Shown: positions 13,416 through 26,409, numbered from the whole stretch's first letter. The stretch is 63,285 bases of DNA, filler included, from Bonamia ostreae (GCA_040357525.1; 50 parts of 50 records of this genome joined end to end with filler, not necessarily neighbours in it), one strand, 5' to 3'. A program made the numbers and translations. The notes: generated by a model from the letters alone, not told the origin.

Positions 13416-13900
13416 TGCCAGAACAGAAGACATATTGGGATATCAGACGTGTAGAGGGCAAAAGAATAGTACTAGAGCTATTCGATCAAAACAACATGGT
13501 TTTGAGGATGGCCGAAAAGTTCCTAAAGAATAACGCAGTCAGAGCAAGACTTTCGGCGACATTTAGACCAGAGTCCGGAAAGAAGACTAATCCACAAATG
13601 CGGTATTACAGAGGACATCTTCTTCCCTGCATTCATGACGCAATGGTGGAATTAGGCAATAACTTTGAGATAGATCAAACACACGATTTGCTTAAAGACA
13701 TGTTTTATAATGAACGCATGTATATAGAGGGATTGGACCAGGAAATGAAAATCCATGAATCCCTGGCAAGTGCAGGAAAGGAGCGAATGAGTAAGTTCAT
13801 TAATAAATGCTTTGTGTTTGCTCGTGAGGATCTAGGGATATTGGTACATACTCCAGAGGAGTATTATTCAATGATTAAAAAATTAAGTGAAAAAAAATAG
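13415..13900 (+). CDS. NinB-like phage protein
   Basis: KTNPQMRYYRG..HDLLKDMF..SLASAGKERMSKFINKCFVFAREDLGI pattern resembles the NinB family; translationally coupled to the upstream ATPase. Confidence 0.6.
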   Translation: MPEQKTYWDIRRVEGKRIVLELFDQNNMVLRMAEKFLKNNAVRARLSATFRPESGKKTNPQMRYYRGHLLPCIHDAMVELGNNFEIDQTHDLLKDMFYNERMYIEGLDQEMKIHESLASAGKERMSKFINKCFVFAREDLGILVHTPEEYYSMIKKLSEKK

Positions 13901-16677
13901 AAATATTAATTACAATTAAATNNNNNNNNNNNNNNNNNNNNNNNNNNNNNNNNNNNNNNNNNNNNTTAATTAATTAANNNNNNNNNNNNNNNNNNNNNNN
14001 NNNNNNNNNNNNNNNNNNNNNCAATCATTATTATTATTATAATAGTAACCAGAGAACCAGTTATCTCGGGAAGATATCAAAGCAGAATGGAGGTGTATGA
14101 AAAGAGTACTCGCTAGTTTTAGCGACTAGTTTTAGCGCAATACTTTCCCAGTGGTTGTTTTTTGGAAGTGTTTCTTACAATAGGGAACAGTTTCCAAACT
14201 TAAATGTACTGAGCTGGTCCTTATATCAGCAGTACACTGCTGGTTGTGAGAAGGAACATTGCAAAATCAAATATTAACCAAGCTAGGTTACTGTTGACAC
14301 CTAAGGGAAATTGGTGAGTGTCAATCTGTACACTCTGGACAAAAACGCTTTAAGTATGCAGAAATCTGATAAAATGCGAAAGATATTTCTCTGAGGGATG
14401 TAACAAGACTAAGCTTTTTCCTTGGCTTGTTTTGTTTTTTACATGTGATTGTCAAGCTGTTTGTCCGAAAGAGTACAATTTGGACTCTTTGACTTTAGCT
14501 TGGGACTTGTTATTATAATCAAGGAGGGTCAACTAGACTCATAATATCCATTTTAAAAAATGAATCACTGGAAAGCGAACAGCGATTAATCTCGAAAATA
14601 CAATAAAAACACAATATTGAAAGTAAGAAAAAACATGGATCTCTAGAAACATCAAAGAAATGGGATCAGCATCAGCTACATGTACCTACAGTGTAAGAAG
14701 AGTAGGTGAGCCCTATATCATGATCAGGTATNNNNNNNNNNATCCATAGTCAAAAATCGGTATGTAAGAGCGATTTGACAAGTGGTACAAATCAACATGC
14801 ATCTGTTTTATTTCTAGCATAAAAGGTGAAGATAACATGTTAATGTAAACAAAGACCCCTGCAAACATCAAATGTGGGTTCAGGTGGCTAGCAGGAGTAA
14901 TCTCTCTTTCAGTAACCATTGCACAAATTTCACCGATTGACATATCATTGTTTGCGGGGGCGGTATGTAAACGATGGATAAATTACCTAAACGTGTCTCT
15001 ATCCTTATAAAACTACTTTTAGATTGATTTTGAAAAGGATCCATGTTTTTTTTACATTATTTTCCACAATGCGGACGACAAGACAATGTGGCTGTTCGCC
15101 CGCTGTGAGCCCTCTGAACAGAATAATCCGTAGTCAACGATTTCTTGAGTCATTTATCCTAGAATTGTTGGTTATTACAAAATGTTTCGAAGTNNNNNNN
15201 NNNNNNNNNNNNNNNNNNNNNNNNNNNNNNNNNNNNNTTAATTAATTAANNNNNNNNNNNNNNNNNNNNNNNNNNNNNNNNNNNNNNNNNNNNAAACCTA
15301 AATAATTTGATGTATCCAAAATCTTGGGTATACTATGACCTTAGCGTTTCTTTGGGTTCATTTCGTTTCTATCCTTCCAGAATGACTGCTGTGGAAAAAA
15401 CCACGTAGTTTACAAGAACAAAAATACTTTTGATAATAAGACCAGATAACTCTCAAATATTACCTAACACACAATATCGCATTTTCAACCACAATTACAC
15501 GAAATTTAAAGACACAGACAACAGTTTAAATGACCAGTGCAGTTAAAAAAAATCAAGAATATATGTACACAGATTGACTTAAATTGCGTGCACAAGCAAT
15601 GTAAATATTTTTTCAAAGACGTTCATCTTTCACATCTCTGTCATACATTGATTATGCATTGACCACATGTTTTGTGAACCACAACACACAAACGAAAGTG
15701 CAAATTCGTGTAATTATACTATGTAAATCTATGATAATCATGTTCACGGTGCTCCATCACTCTCAGGTGGTAGTTTTGGGTCTGTTATTGATCCATTTTA
15801 AAAAAATTAATTGGCGGAAGTAGCTGCCGTTTCAAAAAATGTGTCACCTATCTTCCTTTGAGTATAAGTCATCCTAGATAAAATTTACAATCTCAAAGTC
15901 ACTGCTCACCACTGCCACTCATATCCACGCTACAGTCATGATTCCATTTGTTGGTTTTAGGCCTCGGTACTTAAAATAATATCACTGGTACGGTTTATTA
16001 TATCTATCGTAGGGTGTTATGGTTTCCCCCTTTTCTAGCTGCTGCCAGGGATACAGAACTGTATCCTTCAGTCGTCAGGTAGGACACGAATAAAATGAAT
16101 GAAAAACGTCTGATGTCACTACTACACTCAACAGTCGTTTCCCGTGTGTGTGTGTCTTCTGATAAGTTTACTATTCGTTTAGCACAGTAAGGAAAGACAA
16201 CTTGTAACCTCTTCTTCTCACTTTGTTTCTATAGTACACAGATTTTTATATATCTATAGATTGTTTATGTCACGTGCATAACTGTCTATAATAAAACCAA
16301 CTAAAATATTATTACTTAATATTATTCAAAATCACGCATTATAGTTTTCACCTAATACATTTAAAAAAAAAATGAATTTCATTTTAAATATATAAGAGCT
16401 TATGAACGGCTACGCTTCAGGCCGACATATTTTTCATGAAGCACTGTACATCACCATGTTTAATGNNNNNNNNNNNNNNNNNNNNNNNNNNNNNNNNNNN
16501 NNNNNNNNNTTAATTAATTAANNNNNNNNNNNNNNNNNNNNNNNNNNNNNNNNNNNNNNNNNNNNAATTGCTAAATTTAACATTAAAAATTTAAAAAATA
16601 TTTTTAAAAATTTTGTAAAAGATGTCAAATTTTCATAATTTATTGACTGATTTTGGCTAAGTTTTATATTGAAAAAC

Positions 16678-17543
16678 GGAAAGGTCTTGTCGAATAGATT
16701 TCATTTGTTCAATATATTTAATGTAGTTTTTGTCTTTTGACCATTTTTGGCTAAATAACTTAAAAGCTTTTTTCAATATTGGCAATGGACGAATTTTTGA
16801 TGGATCTGGTTTCTTTTGTTTTTAAATTTCAATAAAATTACAATAAAATAATTTAACGCAATAAAAATTAGCAAAAAATCACAAAAAATCAACAACAAAA
16901 TCGCAATAAGTTAACAAAAAAATTAACAAAAATCGCTATAAAAATTAACAAAAATAACAAAAAAATTACCAAAAAATCACAAAAAATTTAAAAAAAAAAA
17001 TCGCAATAAAAAATAACAACAAAAAATCGAAATAAGTTAACAAAAATAACAAAAAATTACCAAAAATCTCTATAAAAATTAACAAAAAAATTACCAAAAA
17101 ATCACAAAAAATTAACAAAAAAATCGCAATAAGTTAAATAATAACAAAAAATTACCAAAAATCGCTATAAAAATTAACAAAAAAAATCGCTATAAAAAAT
17201 AATAACAAAAAGTAGCAATAAAAAATAACAAAAATCACAAAATGAAATTACCAAAAAATTAACAAAAATAACAACAAAAAAATCGCAATAAAAATAATAA
17301 CAAAAATGATAAAAAAAATCACAATATAAAAACAGAAGTCAGCCGCAAATAAGGCTTTTCCAAATTTGTACATTCGCCTTTAATAATTCCCCAATCATTT
17401 CCTTTTTTGTCCGTATAAAAACTGAATTTACTGTCCGGGAAATTTAGCTTTTGACTATTCAAGTTTTCGTTATTTTTAAATCTGTTTTTTCTTTCGTTTA
17501 TTTGTTGTTGTGTTGATAATGTTTCAACTTTCAAATTGCTCAA
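16678..17543 (-). CDS. SAC3/GANP-family THP3/LENG8 protein, partial
   Basis: IIKGECTNLEKPYLRLTS | 521-nt intron 16813-17333 | KPDPSKIRPLPILKKAF..EQMKSIRQDLS matches LENG8/Thp3. Confidence 0.88.
16850..17320. repeat. Degenerate A-rich tandem repeat filling the THP3 intron
   Basis: Repeated AAAATCGCAATAA / AAAAATTAACAAAA / AAATTACCAAAAA modules. Confidence 0.85.
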
Positions 17544-18060
17544 CTTTTTTGTTTTGAAAACAGTAAATTATTTTATTTTGTTTTTTGTAAAATTGTTAAA
17601 ATTGTAAAAATTAAAACGATCGATTGTTTTTTGTTTTGTTTTACAGACCCATTTTTCGGAACTAAAACATTAATTTTCGTTTCGCTGTTTTGATCGTTTT
17701 CGTCATTTTGGGAAAATTTTCTCGGTTTGGATTTAAANNNNNNNNNNNNNNNNNNNNNNNNNNNNNNNNNNNNNNNNNNNNTTAATTAATTAANNNNNNN
17801 NNNNNNNNNNNNNNNNNNNNNNNNNNNNNNNNNNNNNACAACAAAATTTGACTTTTTTACAAAAAAATTTATTTTTAACAAGAAACATATTCCGAATCAA
17901 TTTTACTAATTTTGACATTTAGTCGATTCAACTCAGACAAAATGTTTTTATTCAAAATTTTGTCTTCCCGTTTCCCCATCGCGAACATCAAATATTTCAG
18001 TTCCTTGAAATTTATGAAATAAGTTTTGCGCTCGCAATTTAACAAAATAAACATATTCCT

Positions 18061-19008
18061 TCAGACTCAGTTTCTTTATTTTCTTCAAATATTCGAAGCA
18101 ATATTCCACTTTTCGGCAATTTAACGTTTTCCTAGAACTTTAACAAACAACCTAAAAGCTCTTAGACACAATTCTTGATAGAGTTCTGCGTTGTCGTCTT
18201 CGTTTAGGTTTTCGACAAACGCGAGACCTTTTAATGTTTTAATTTACATCTTTTGAGCGCGAAGGAATTTTGATAAACGAGAAAAATCTCTTTCGTTATT
18301 ATTTCGGCTTTCCGTCTGTCATCGCACAGATCTTTGTCGTTCATTTCACTAAAAAGCTGCACCGCCATCTTTATTCAGATTTAAACGTTTGGACAAAAAT
18401 AGCAAAATTGAAACGTCGATTCTCTCCTGTTTCGTCGTATCTCTTCCTTCCAAGCTCAGATTCGGAGTTTTCAGCGTTTTTCTGATGCACTGAATCATCC
18501 TTTGGTAACTGTAGAAGTTCTTGGCGATCCCGTGTTTGTCCATCAACTCCAAAACGGCGATCGTGACGTCCAAGTTTCCCATTTGTGACGTGGCTGTTTT
18601 TAGATGGCAATGACATTACAAATGGAACCGAGCAAAAGAGAGTTGTAGCTTTCCACGTTGGGCTTTATTTTGGATTTGCACATTCTTTTGAAAAGGTCGA
18701 ACGCTTTCGAAGCGCCGCTGTCCTAAAGAATATTTTTGATTAAAATGCAACGAATTTCGAGTCGCCCGAAGCGCAAGCCAGAATGGCCGCGTTGAAGGTT
18801 TTCAGTGTCGGGCGGATACCGGATATTTCGTATTGCTCCAAAATATTTAAAGCCTTTCTCGGATTTTGTTCCTTTTGTTTAATTTAAAACTTTGGCGCAG
18901 ATTTTCAGCGCGCAAAGAAGCGTTTTCTCGTTTAGCGGTATTCCGTCTCTCATTATTTTGTGGTACCATTTCCAAGCTTTGACGATGTTTCTTTCTTTGA
19001 GATAGAGG
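18061..19008 (-). CDS. Pentatricopeptide-repeat (PPR) protein, partial (protist)
   Basis: Consecutive PPR motifs (GIPLNEKTLLCALKICAK; GIRPTLKTFNAAILACA; KIKPNVESYNSLLL; GIAKNFYSYQRMI) joined by 19-, 29- and 35-nt GT-AG introns; 3' limit approximate. Confidence 0.85.
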
Positions 19009-19324
19009 NNNNNNNNNNNNNNNNNNNNNNNNNNNNNNNNNNNNNNNNNNNNTTAATTAATTAANNNNNNNNNNNNNNNNNNNNNNNNNNNNNNNNNNNN
19101 NNNNNNNNTTTTCAAATAACGATTTTTTTTTGTTTTTTTGTTAAATAACGATTTTCTCAAATAACTAATTCGCAAAAAATATTCAAATTCCAGAAAATGG
19201 CCATTAAATTATTCAAATATTCAAATAACACTAAAAATTGCAAAAAATCTTGCACCATATAATTCGAAAACTCAACACCGAAAAGTCTTAATGACATTGT
19301 AAAACTTAATTCAAATCAAAAACG

Positions 19325-20077
19325 TATTCTCGGTCGACCAGATAATTGACCAGCCGCGCAATGTTCGCGACTTGATCGTCTTCCGAGTAAACGAGCCCGC
19401 GAGCGCCCAATTCTCGCTGCAATTCCTCCTGTGATAACCTCGCAGGACAGAGTTTGCTGTCTGGTTGCGACACAGACGAGAATTCGCCGCGCGGAATCAC
19501 TTGGGCCATGTCTTGATACATTTGTGGATTGGCTGCGGCCATCATGTCAATGTTCGCTCCGGCTTCTCCCATTTGAGGGCTTCCGACGCCGTAGCTGAAG
19601 TTTTCGTCTGTTTGGGGAATCTGCCCCTGAAAATTTTGGCCGAAGCTGCCTGGGAACAAAGAAGTGTTTTCGTTTCCTCTAATTTTTAAGAAAGAGCAAA
19701 CTCGGCGAAAGCGTAATTTGGAATGTTTTGTTGTTGCATTTCAGGGATCGCTCCGGGTTCGCCGAACATCTCGCCCATTTGAGGAAAGAAATTGGGTTCC
19801 CCGGGAAAATTGGAATTCAGCGGAGTTTGTTCGAAGACGTCTTTTTTCTGTTCTTCGGTTTGATTTTCTTGTTGATTTTCTTGTACGTCTTATTATTGTA
19901 AAATGAGTTTAAACCATTTTTGGTTGAAGTTTGGTTTTCAGATTGTGGTTCAGATTTGTTTTGGTCTGTTTGTTCGATCTGTTCGTTTTTGGTTTCCTTC
20001 GGGACGTTTTCCGTTTCGGGGGAAGTTTTTGTTATGTTTTCCGTTTCAGTGATTGTGGCGCTTTCTTCTTGAGACAT
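19325..20077 (-). CDS. SAP-domain protein with E/T/Q-rich low-complexity N-terminus, 5' part
   Basis: ATG at 20077; 26- and 23-nt introns link three ORFs; ARLSQEELQRELGARGL..NIARLVNYL resembles a SAP motif. Confidence 0.65.
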
Positions 20078-20379
20078 GGATGGTTAAGTTTTAGCTTTGT
20101 TGGAGGGTGATTGTTTTAGACTTTTTCGATATAATTATTTTTGTTTAAAACTGTTTTCATTGTTTTCAGTAAAGTAACATATACCGAAAAGTTTTAAAAT
20201 GTTAAAGCTTGAATTTGTTTTTGTGGATTGGTTTTAGATTAAGACAATTTTAATGTTCTTTGCTAGATTTATCATTCTGNNNNNNNNNNNNNNNNNNNNN
20301 NNNNNNNNNNNNNNNNNNNNNNNTTAATTAATTAANNNNNNNNNNNNNNNNNNNNNNNNNNNNNNNNNNNNNNNNNNNN

Positions 20380-20675
20380 CGAAAGCGATCAAATTTTATA
20401 CGAAAAGAGCTCAACGCTTAAAGTCCGAAATGGCGGAAAAATCTGAAATAACAAAAATGCCAAAAATGGAAAAAATGGCAAAATCTGAAATAACAAAAAT
20501 GCCAAAAATGGAAAAAATGGCAAAATCGGAAATTATCAGAGAAAACGGTGTTTTAATGACGGAAAATAAAAGAATCGAGGCGATAAGCGTAAAGAGAAAA
20601 ATAGATTTGGAAGAAAAGCTTAAAGAAGAATTGATGAATAGGCGGAAAAGGGAGTTTTTGAATAAAAAATTTTAA
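20380..20675 (+). CDS. 3' end of a protist gene with a 14-aa tandem repeat (KSEITKMPKMEKMA x2)
   Basis: Open from the contig edge to TAA at 20673-20675; 42-bp duplication at 20439 and 20481; the tail EELMNRRKREFLNKKF only weakly recalls ISY1. Confidence 0.5.
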
Positions 20676-20832
20676 AGGCTATTTTGTTTAAAATTTGTTA
20701 AAGACGAATTTTGCAGTTTAATTTTGCATTAAAATGTCTTAAAATTTTATTTTTGTACTAGCACCAAAAACTTAAATTTGGGAATTTTGCAAAACGACAA
20801 AATTTTATTTAAAATGGCTATTTTAGCACAAT

Positions 20833-21550
20833 TCAATTTATTTTACTCTTGATTTTCCCAAAAGTGGGCAAAAACATGTTCGTGCTGTTTCTGTAATCTT
20901 CATACTCTTCGTATTTTGATGATGTTATCTCTTCGGTCAGTCTTGTTGAAAATTGAAAGAGGATGGTGTAAGTAACAAATCCAATTATCGACCAATTTAT
21001 CATTTTTGTAGAAACAGTGAAACAATAAACGATCGCCCAGTTCATTATTTCGCAAGTAAAATTGGGATGTCGACAGTAGCGAAAAAGCTTTTTACTCAAA
21101 AATTTTCTGTTTTGTTTGTCTTTTTCTTTCTTTAAGTTATATGTTGTAACAACAAAAATTGGTCAAATGTTTTTTATAAAAACGGTTTGGAAATTCCACA
21201 TTTGTTGATCAGCGATGGTTTCGATCGAAAGATTGATCAAAAATAGAATGATTAGAAAATAATCAAAATAATTAATTTCATTGTTGCCACATTTGGAAGC
21301 ATAATAGCTTGGCAAAGTTATAAATAGCAAAAGGAGGTTTTGAAACATTGAAATAAATGTTATATTCAATATCTTTTTATAATAAAAAACTTGAAAAGAA
21401 AAGAAATTCATTTTATTCCGCACAAAAGACCATCTATAATCTTCACTGCCCTTTTTATAACCACCTTTTCGATAATAATTATATGAAAGTCTCATTCCCC
21501 ACATTGAAACCAATATGGCGATGACTTTTTGTCGATCAAAATTATAATTG
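20833..21550 (-). CDS. DUF1295 / steroid 5-alpha-reductase-family membrane protein, 3' part
   Basis: WGMRLSYNYYRKGGY..EDYRW, IETIADQQMWNFQ, LFRYCRHPNF motifs; 18-nt intron 21373-21390 plus an intron of about 54 nt. Confidence 0.9.
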
Positions 21551-22920
21551 NNNNNNNNNNNNNNNNNNNNNNNNNNNNNNNNNNNNNNNNNNNNTTAATT
21601 AATTAANNNNNNNNNNNNNNNNNNNNNNNNNNNNNNNNNNNNNNNNNNNNCATACTTGCATGTATTTCACTTAGAGCTTCACATTGTGTCGGATATTTTA
21701 TCCCTGCAAATATTTTCATAACCTGTCTTAGAGTAACAGCGTAAATTTTGCGTTATTATAAGGATTATACAGGAGTTTAGATTATGTATAGGAAGCGATT
21801 GACATCAAAATAGTTGATTTCTGACAACTGAATATTCTTGTAACTGAAACAAACATTCGAGACTTGTTGTGAGACCTAAATAAGATAAGTTTTGTCTTTC
21901 ATTGATTTATTGTTTTTGTAAAGAATTGCAAATGAATTCTGAAATCATTGAAGTGTTTGTGATTTATTTCTGCTGATCTTCTGTTATTCTGACCCATGAA
22001 GACCCAGTCAATGCTCTATCTAAGGATATGACACACCTGTCGTCAGGTCACTTGCTAATTGTTTTCATTACATCATCTTATTCATTACCTTTTGTCGTTT
22101 GCAATCAACATCATACAATGCCTTTATGAGTTGATCTGATGTTTTGACATTTTCTTCTGTGTTTTGTCTTGCGAAGTTTATCTTGGTGGAAACGACTACA
22201 TCACAATTGTCGATAAAGGATTTGATATCTCTGAAATATGCATTGTATGTTCATTAAAAAATGACTTGAAAAAGGTCAAGTTATTTTTACACTAGAAACA
22301 TTTTTTTACACTTTGTTCTCTGTGTTGTATGTATTCAAAGTTACGCCTTGCTTTTGAGAATATAAACCTCTTTCAAAACAACTGAAATTCAATCAATGAA
22401 ACATTGACAATGATCTTGATCAACGAATAAAAATATGTATTAATATCTTACTCAATATGCACTCTTATTCTTTTGTTTTCAGTTTTTGTGATCACTCTTT
22501 TCAATAAATCTTGAAATCTGTTAAATTCTTCTGGATACTGCGAAACCTAGGAGTTAAAGCATAATCAATGTGATGTGTTCAGGATAGATAGATTTACACA
22601 TACTGTGATTCGTACAAAAAATGTGAGAAAAATCCAAACTCACAAACAAGAGCATATCGCTAGAAATATTTGAAATCAACTATTGCTAATGATGTGAATT
22701 GACACATATATGTTGTGATTTACATAAATTACATGTGGAAACACTGGGATAAATTACAATATACTTATTATGTCTAATTATTATTTGACATTCAAAATGA
22801 AATGTGAAGATAACGAACAGNNNNNNNNNNNNNNNNNNNNNNNNNNNNNNNNNNNNNNNNNNNNTTAATTAATTAANNNNNNNNNNNNNNNNNNNNNNNN
22901 NNNNNNNNNNNNNNNNNNNN

Positions 22921-24090
22921 CATTCAATACTACTGGTATGTATACCATAACTACCAAAATTGATCTGCTCATAAAATATTCGCTCGACGACTTAATATAC
23001 TTGGAAATTATCAATGTGGCTACTCCACTGCCAATCCTTGAAATGAACCCATTGTTTCCGATGTAAATGGCTTTTCTATCAATTCCATCTCGTTTGTCTC
23101 GATTTATGAGAAAACGGAGCATTTTCCTTAAACAGAAAGTACTCGTAGATAACGAAATTCCTCTTAAAAAACAAGCAGCAATCAAGATGATCACAATGCT
23201 TATATTGGCACATAAGAAGAGAGCGAAAGAGAGAATTGATAATAGCATGCTAAGTACAAGCATGTTCTTGGTTCCAAGTTTTTTCTCCGTTTTATCACAG
23301 AAAAAACTATAAAACAAATTTGAAGATGTCATTATCACCAATGACCAAATGAGCCAAGATTTACGACTTAAAATTAAAATAAAAACTGAACATAGTACTC
23401 AAGATATTGTTTTAGGTTTGATATCACTAGTTGATTGCATATTTGAAACAGAAAATTCATTGTAGAAATAGCAATGAAGTAGCAATGTCTGTAAGAAGTC
23501 ACAATGTCGGAAATCCTACACTTTCTTAAGTTCTCATTGTTCTTTTTCTTTACTTCTGGAATTCTTGTAAGAATTAAGAATATATAGAAGCAAAAAAATA
23601 AGAAAAAGGCTGAATAAAATCCTGTTATGGTCAATTTTTCGGACTCATTGTCACTATCATCAGTTGTCACCCAGATCGCTATTCCAGTACCTATTTGAAA
23701 ATTTATGTAATTTTATAAAATGTGTCAATTATTTCTAAACGAAAAACTCAAAAGGGAACCAAACGAGCTGAAAAATGATCTACAGGCGATATATTTATTT
23801 ATGTTTCCATCGTTTGCCAATTCTGAAGCCATTGCCGAATGAGGCACTTTTACAAGACTTTTACCCAAGTTTAAGAAAATGAGCACTGTTATACAATAAA
23901 TCATTTTTGATGAATTGCTGCTAAAATGCATTTTAAGAAAAAAAGAAAAATATGCCAATGGTAGAACAAAAGAAGCAATGAATATGAATATAACGCGGCG
24001 ATATTTTTTCTGGATGCAATCAGACATAGCTCCAAGAATGAAATCAAATGGAGCTGTTAAACACCATACAAGAATGCCAATTGTGCCAAA
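22921..24090 (-). CDS. MFS transporter, MFS_2/GPH (MFSD2-like) family, partial
   Basis: GAMSDC, VPHSAMASELA, DKRDGIDRKAIYIG motifs; three ORFs joined by GT-AG introns, including a probable 20-nt one at 23367-23386. Confidence 0.8.
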
Positions 24091-24650
24091 NNNNNNNNNN
24101 NNNNNNNNNNNNNNNNNNNNNNNNNNNNNNNNNNTTAATTAATTAANNNNNNNNNNNNNNNNNNNNNNNNNNNNNNNNNNNNNNNNNNNNTGCTTACCTT
24201 TTAAGCTCAAAAAAACACATATCTACTATTAAAAAAACACAATATAAATAAATAAAAAAACCAATTTAAAGTTAAAGCCAGCAATCAATAATATGATAAC
24301 AAATCTATACCTCATAAAAAAATATGAACCTCAAATTACAAAGTTTAATTTTTAACAAATTTAAAAAAAAACAAAAATATAATGCAACAGATTATACCAA
24401 ACTTCAATAAAAATAAAAAGATAACAAATTTACAATATAAATAAATTAAAAAAGATAAAAAATATAAATAAGATCATTTTTATTCAAAATAACCTAAAAA
24501 TCACAAAAAATCAACAACGGTGATTATACAAGAATTTTATTCAAATTATCAAATAAAAACAAAAATTCTCACTATAGTAAAAAAACACAATATATCCAAA
24601 ACTACTATAAAAATAAACAATTATAAAATCAATAATAAAAATATTAATAC

Positions 24651-25360
24651 TGGACTAGTAAAATCATCTAGATGCATCTTTGGTTGCTTTAGGTCTTTGT
24701 AAAAAATCTTGACAAGGTCTACCGATGTGTCGTGTAGTCTTTTTACCGAAGCGCCCAACACTTTTGTTGTATCATACATATCCACGTCTAGACCAAACTG
24801 ATTAAAAGGATCGGTATATAGACAATCGTTATACTCGGGTAATTTTAGTAGTATATTACTACACACCGAATCATCGACGTTATCGATCATAGAATCGAGC
24901 GTACGAGGTGTTTCTATTATCAGCTCACGAAGTGATTGGTCTTTTGTAATTTGTACGTCATTATCCATGCGTACCAGTGTTCGGGGTGGATCGATCAAGA
25001 CCATATCGTTTAGCTTATCCCACAATCTGATCATTTTAGCAATATCAACAATCTTCTTGAAATCTTCTATTTTCAATACTGGTTCGTTTTGACCATTCAC
25101 AGGTATACCAATTGTCTTTAGCATATTACAATATCTAAGTCCATAATTCACCTCGTAACCATCGGTTGCGGTGAATATATCCTTATTATCGTCATCTGGT
25201 AACACCTTCGGTATGGTATCCCCAATTAAAAAGATGTCTGGTAACAGATCTACACATGATGATGGCCACGAATCTTTCGGTTGTTTCGACCCGTTTCTTA
25301 CGTCCCAATAATTTTTGATCAAAGACTCTTGATTAATAGGTTCCTCGACAGGTTCATTGG
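24651..25360 (-). CDS. Orphan ORF/exon (at least 236 codons), unknown origin
   Basis: Open from the contig edge to an abrupt switch into T-rich low-complexity sequence beginning with GT at 24650. Confidence 0.6.
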
Positions 25361-25572
25361 NNNNNNNNNNNNNNNNNNNNNNNNNNNNNNNNNNNNNNNN
25401 NNNNTTAATTAATTAANNNNNNNNNNNNNNNNNNNNNNNNNNNNNNNNNNNNNNNNNNNNTTTTCATTTTTTATTAAAAATTTGTTATTGTCAAAAAATT
25501 TTATTTTAAAGTCAATTTAACAAATTTCCATTTTTAGGTTATCAAAATTTGAATTAACTTGTCTGAATTTAC

Positions 25573-26409
25573 CTTTTAACGTTTCCAAATTTTGTTTTAT
25601 AAAATTTCAATAGCATTTGCAAGTTTTTGTATTCTAAAAATCTTTCTGATTCGTTTTGTTCAGACTTGAAGACGAATGGATTTATTAAGGGATATCCAAG
25701 TTGATCGAAAATGTTCTCGTCGAGTGGAGATCGATGTCCTTCCTAATTTTAGTTACGATCATATTTTCAAATTTTAATGAGCTATATTTAGACAAATTTT
25801 GATCACCATTTCAAACAAATCAAATTCGAATTCTTTAATTTTGTTTTTGGAAAGACAATTTTTGCAACTAAAATCGGATATTCCGCCTTTAAAATAATTT
25901 TGAAGCAAATCTCTCAGATTCGGTTCGCAGATCGAATCGTCATTGTGATTAAATAAAGTGCCTTTGTAGCCACTAAAAACGGAATTAAAGGACATATCTA
26001 ACGAAATCGATTGAAAAATCTCTTGTCTAAAGTCGCTATAATAATCGCACTGGCGACAATAATTGCAATGCACCAATTTGCCGACAAACGGGTTATTTTC
26101 AGGGAACAAACTTAAAACGAAAGACAAAAATTCGTGCGCGTCTTCTTGAACAAAAGGACTAAAAAATGAACGTTTGGCTAAAATCGCAAAAAGACCGTTA
26201 ATTTGACTTTTGGATGGTTCGATTAGCAGCTTTTTCAGTTGGTCTATAAGTTTTTTCTCGAGAAGGTTATTTTTAGAGATTTTACAAGAAGAAAGATAAA
26301 TCTTAAAAGTTTTTAGTGTTCTAAGTGATTGGACGACAGAATTGAGATAGCAACTATTTCCCAGATTAGGCAATCCAGTTGGTCTCTTATTTTTGTTTTT
26401 GGCCGTCAT
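25573..26409 (-). CDS. Ubiquitin-specific protease (USP, peptidase C19), 5' part
   Basis: Cys box GLPNLGNSCYLNSVVQ, QEDAHEFL, zinc-ribbon CxxC pairs; continues into a second exon after a GT-AG intron. Confidence 0.92.
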
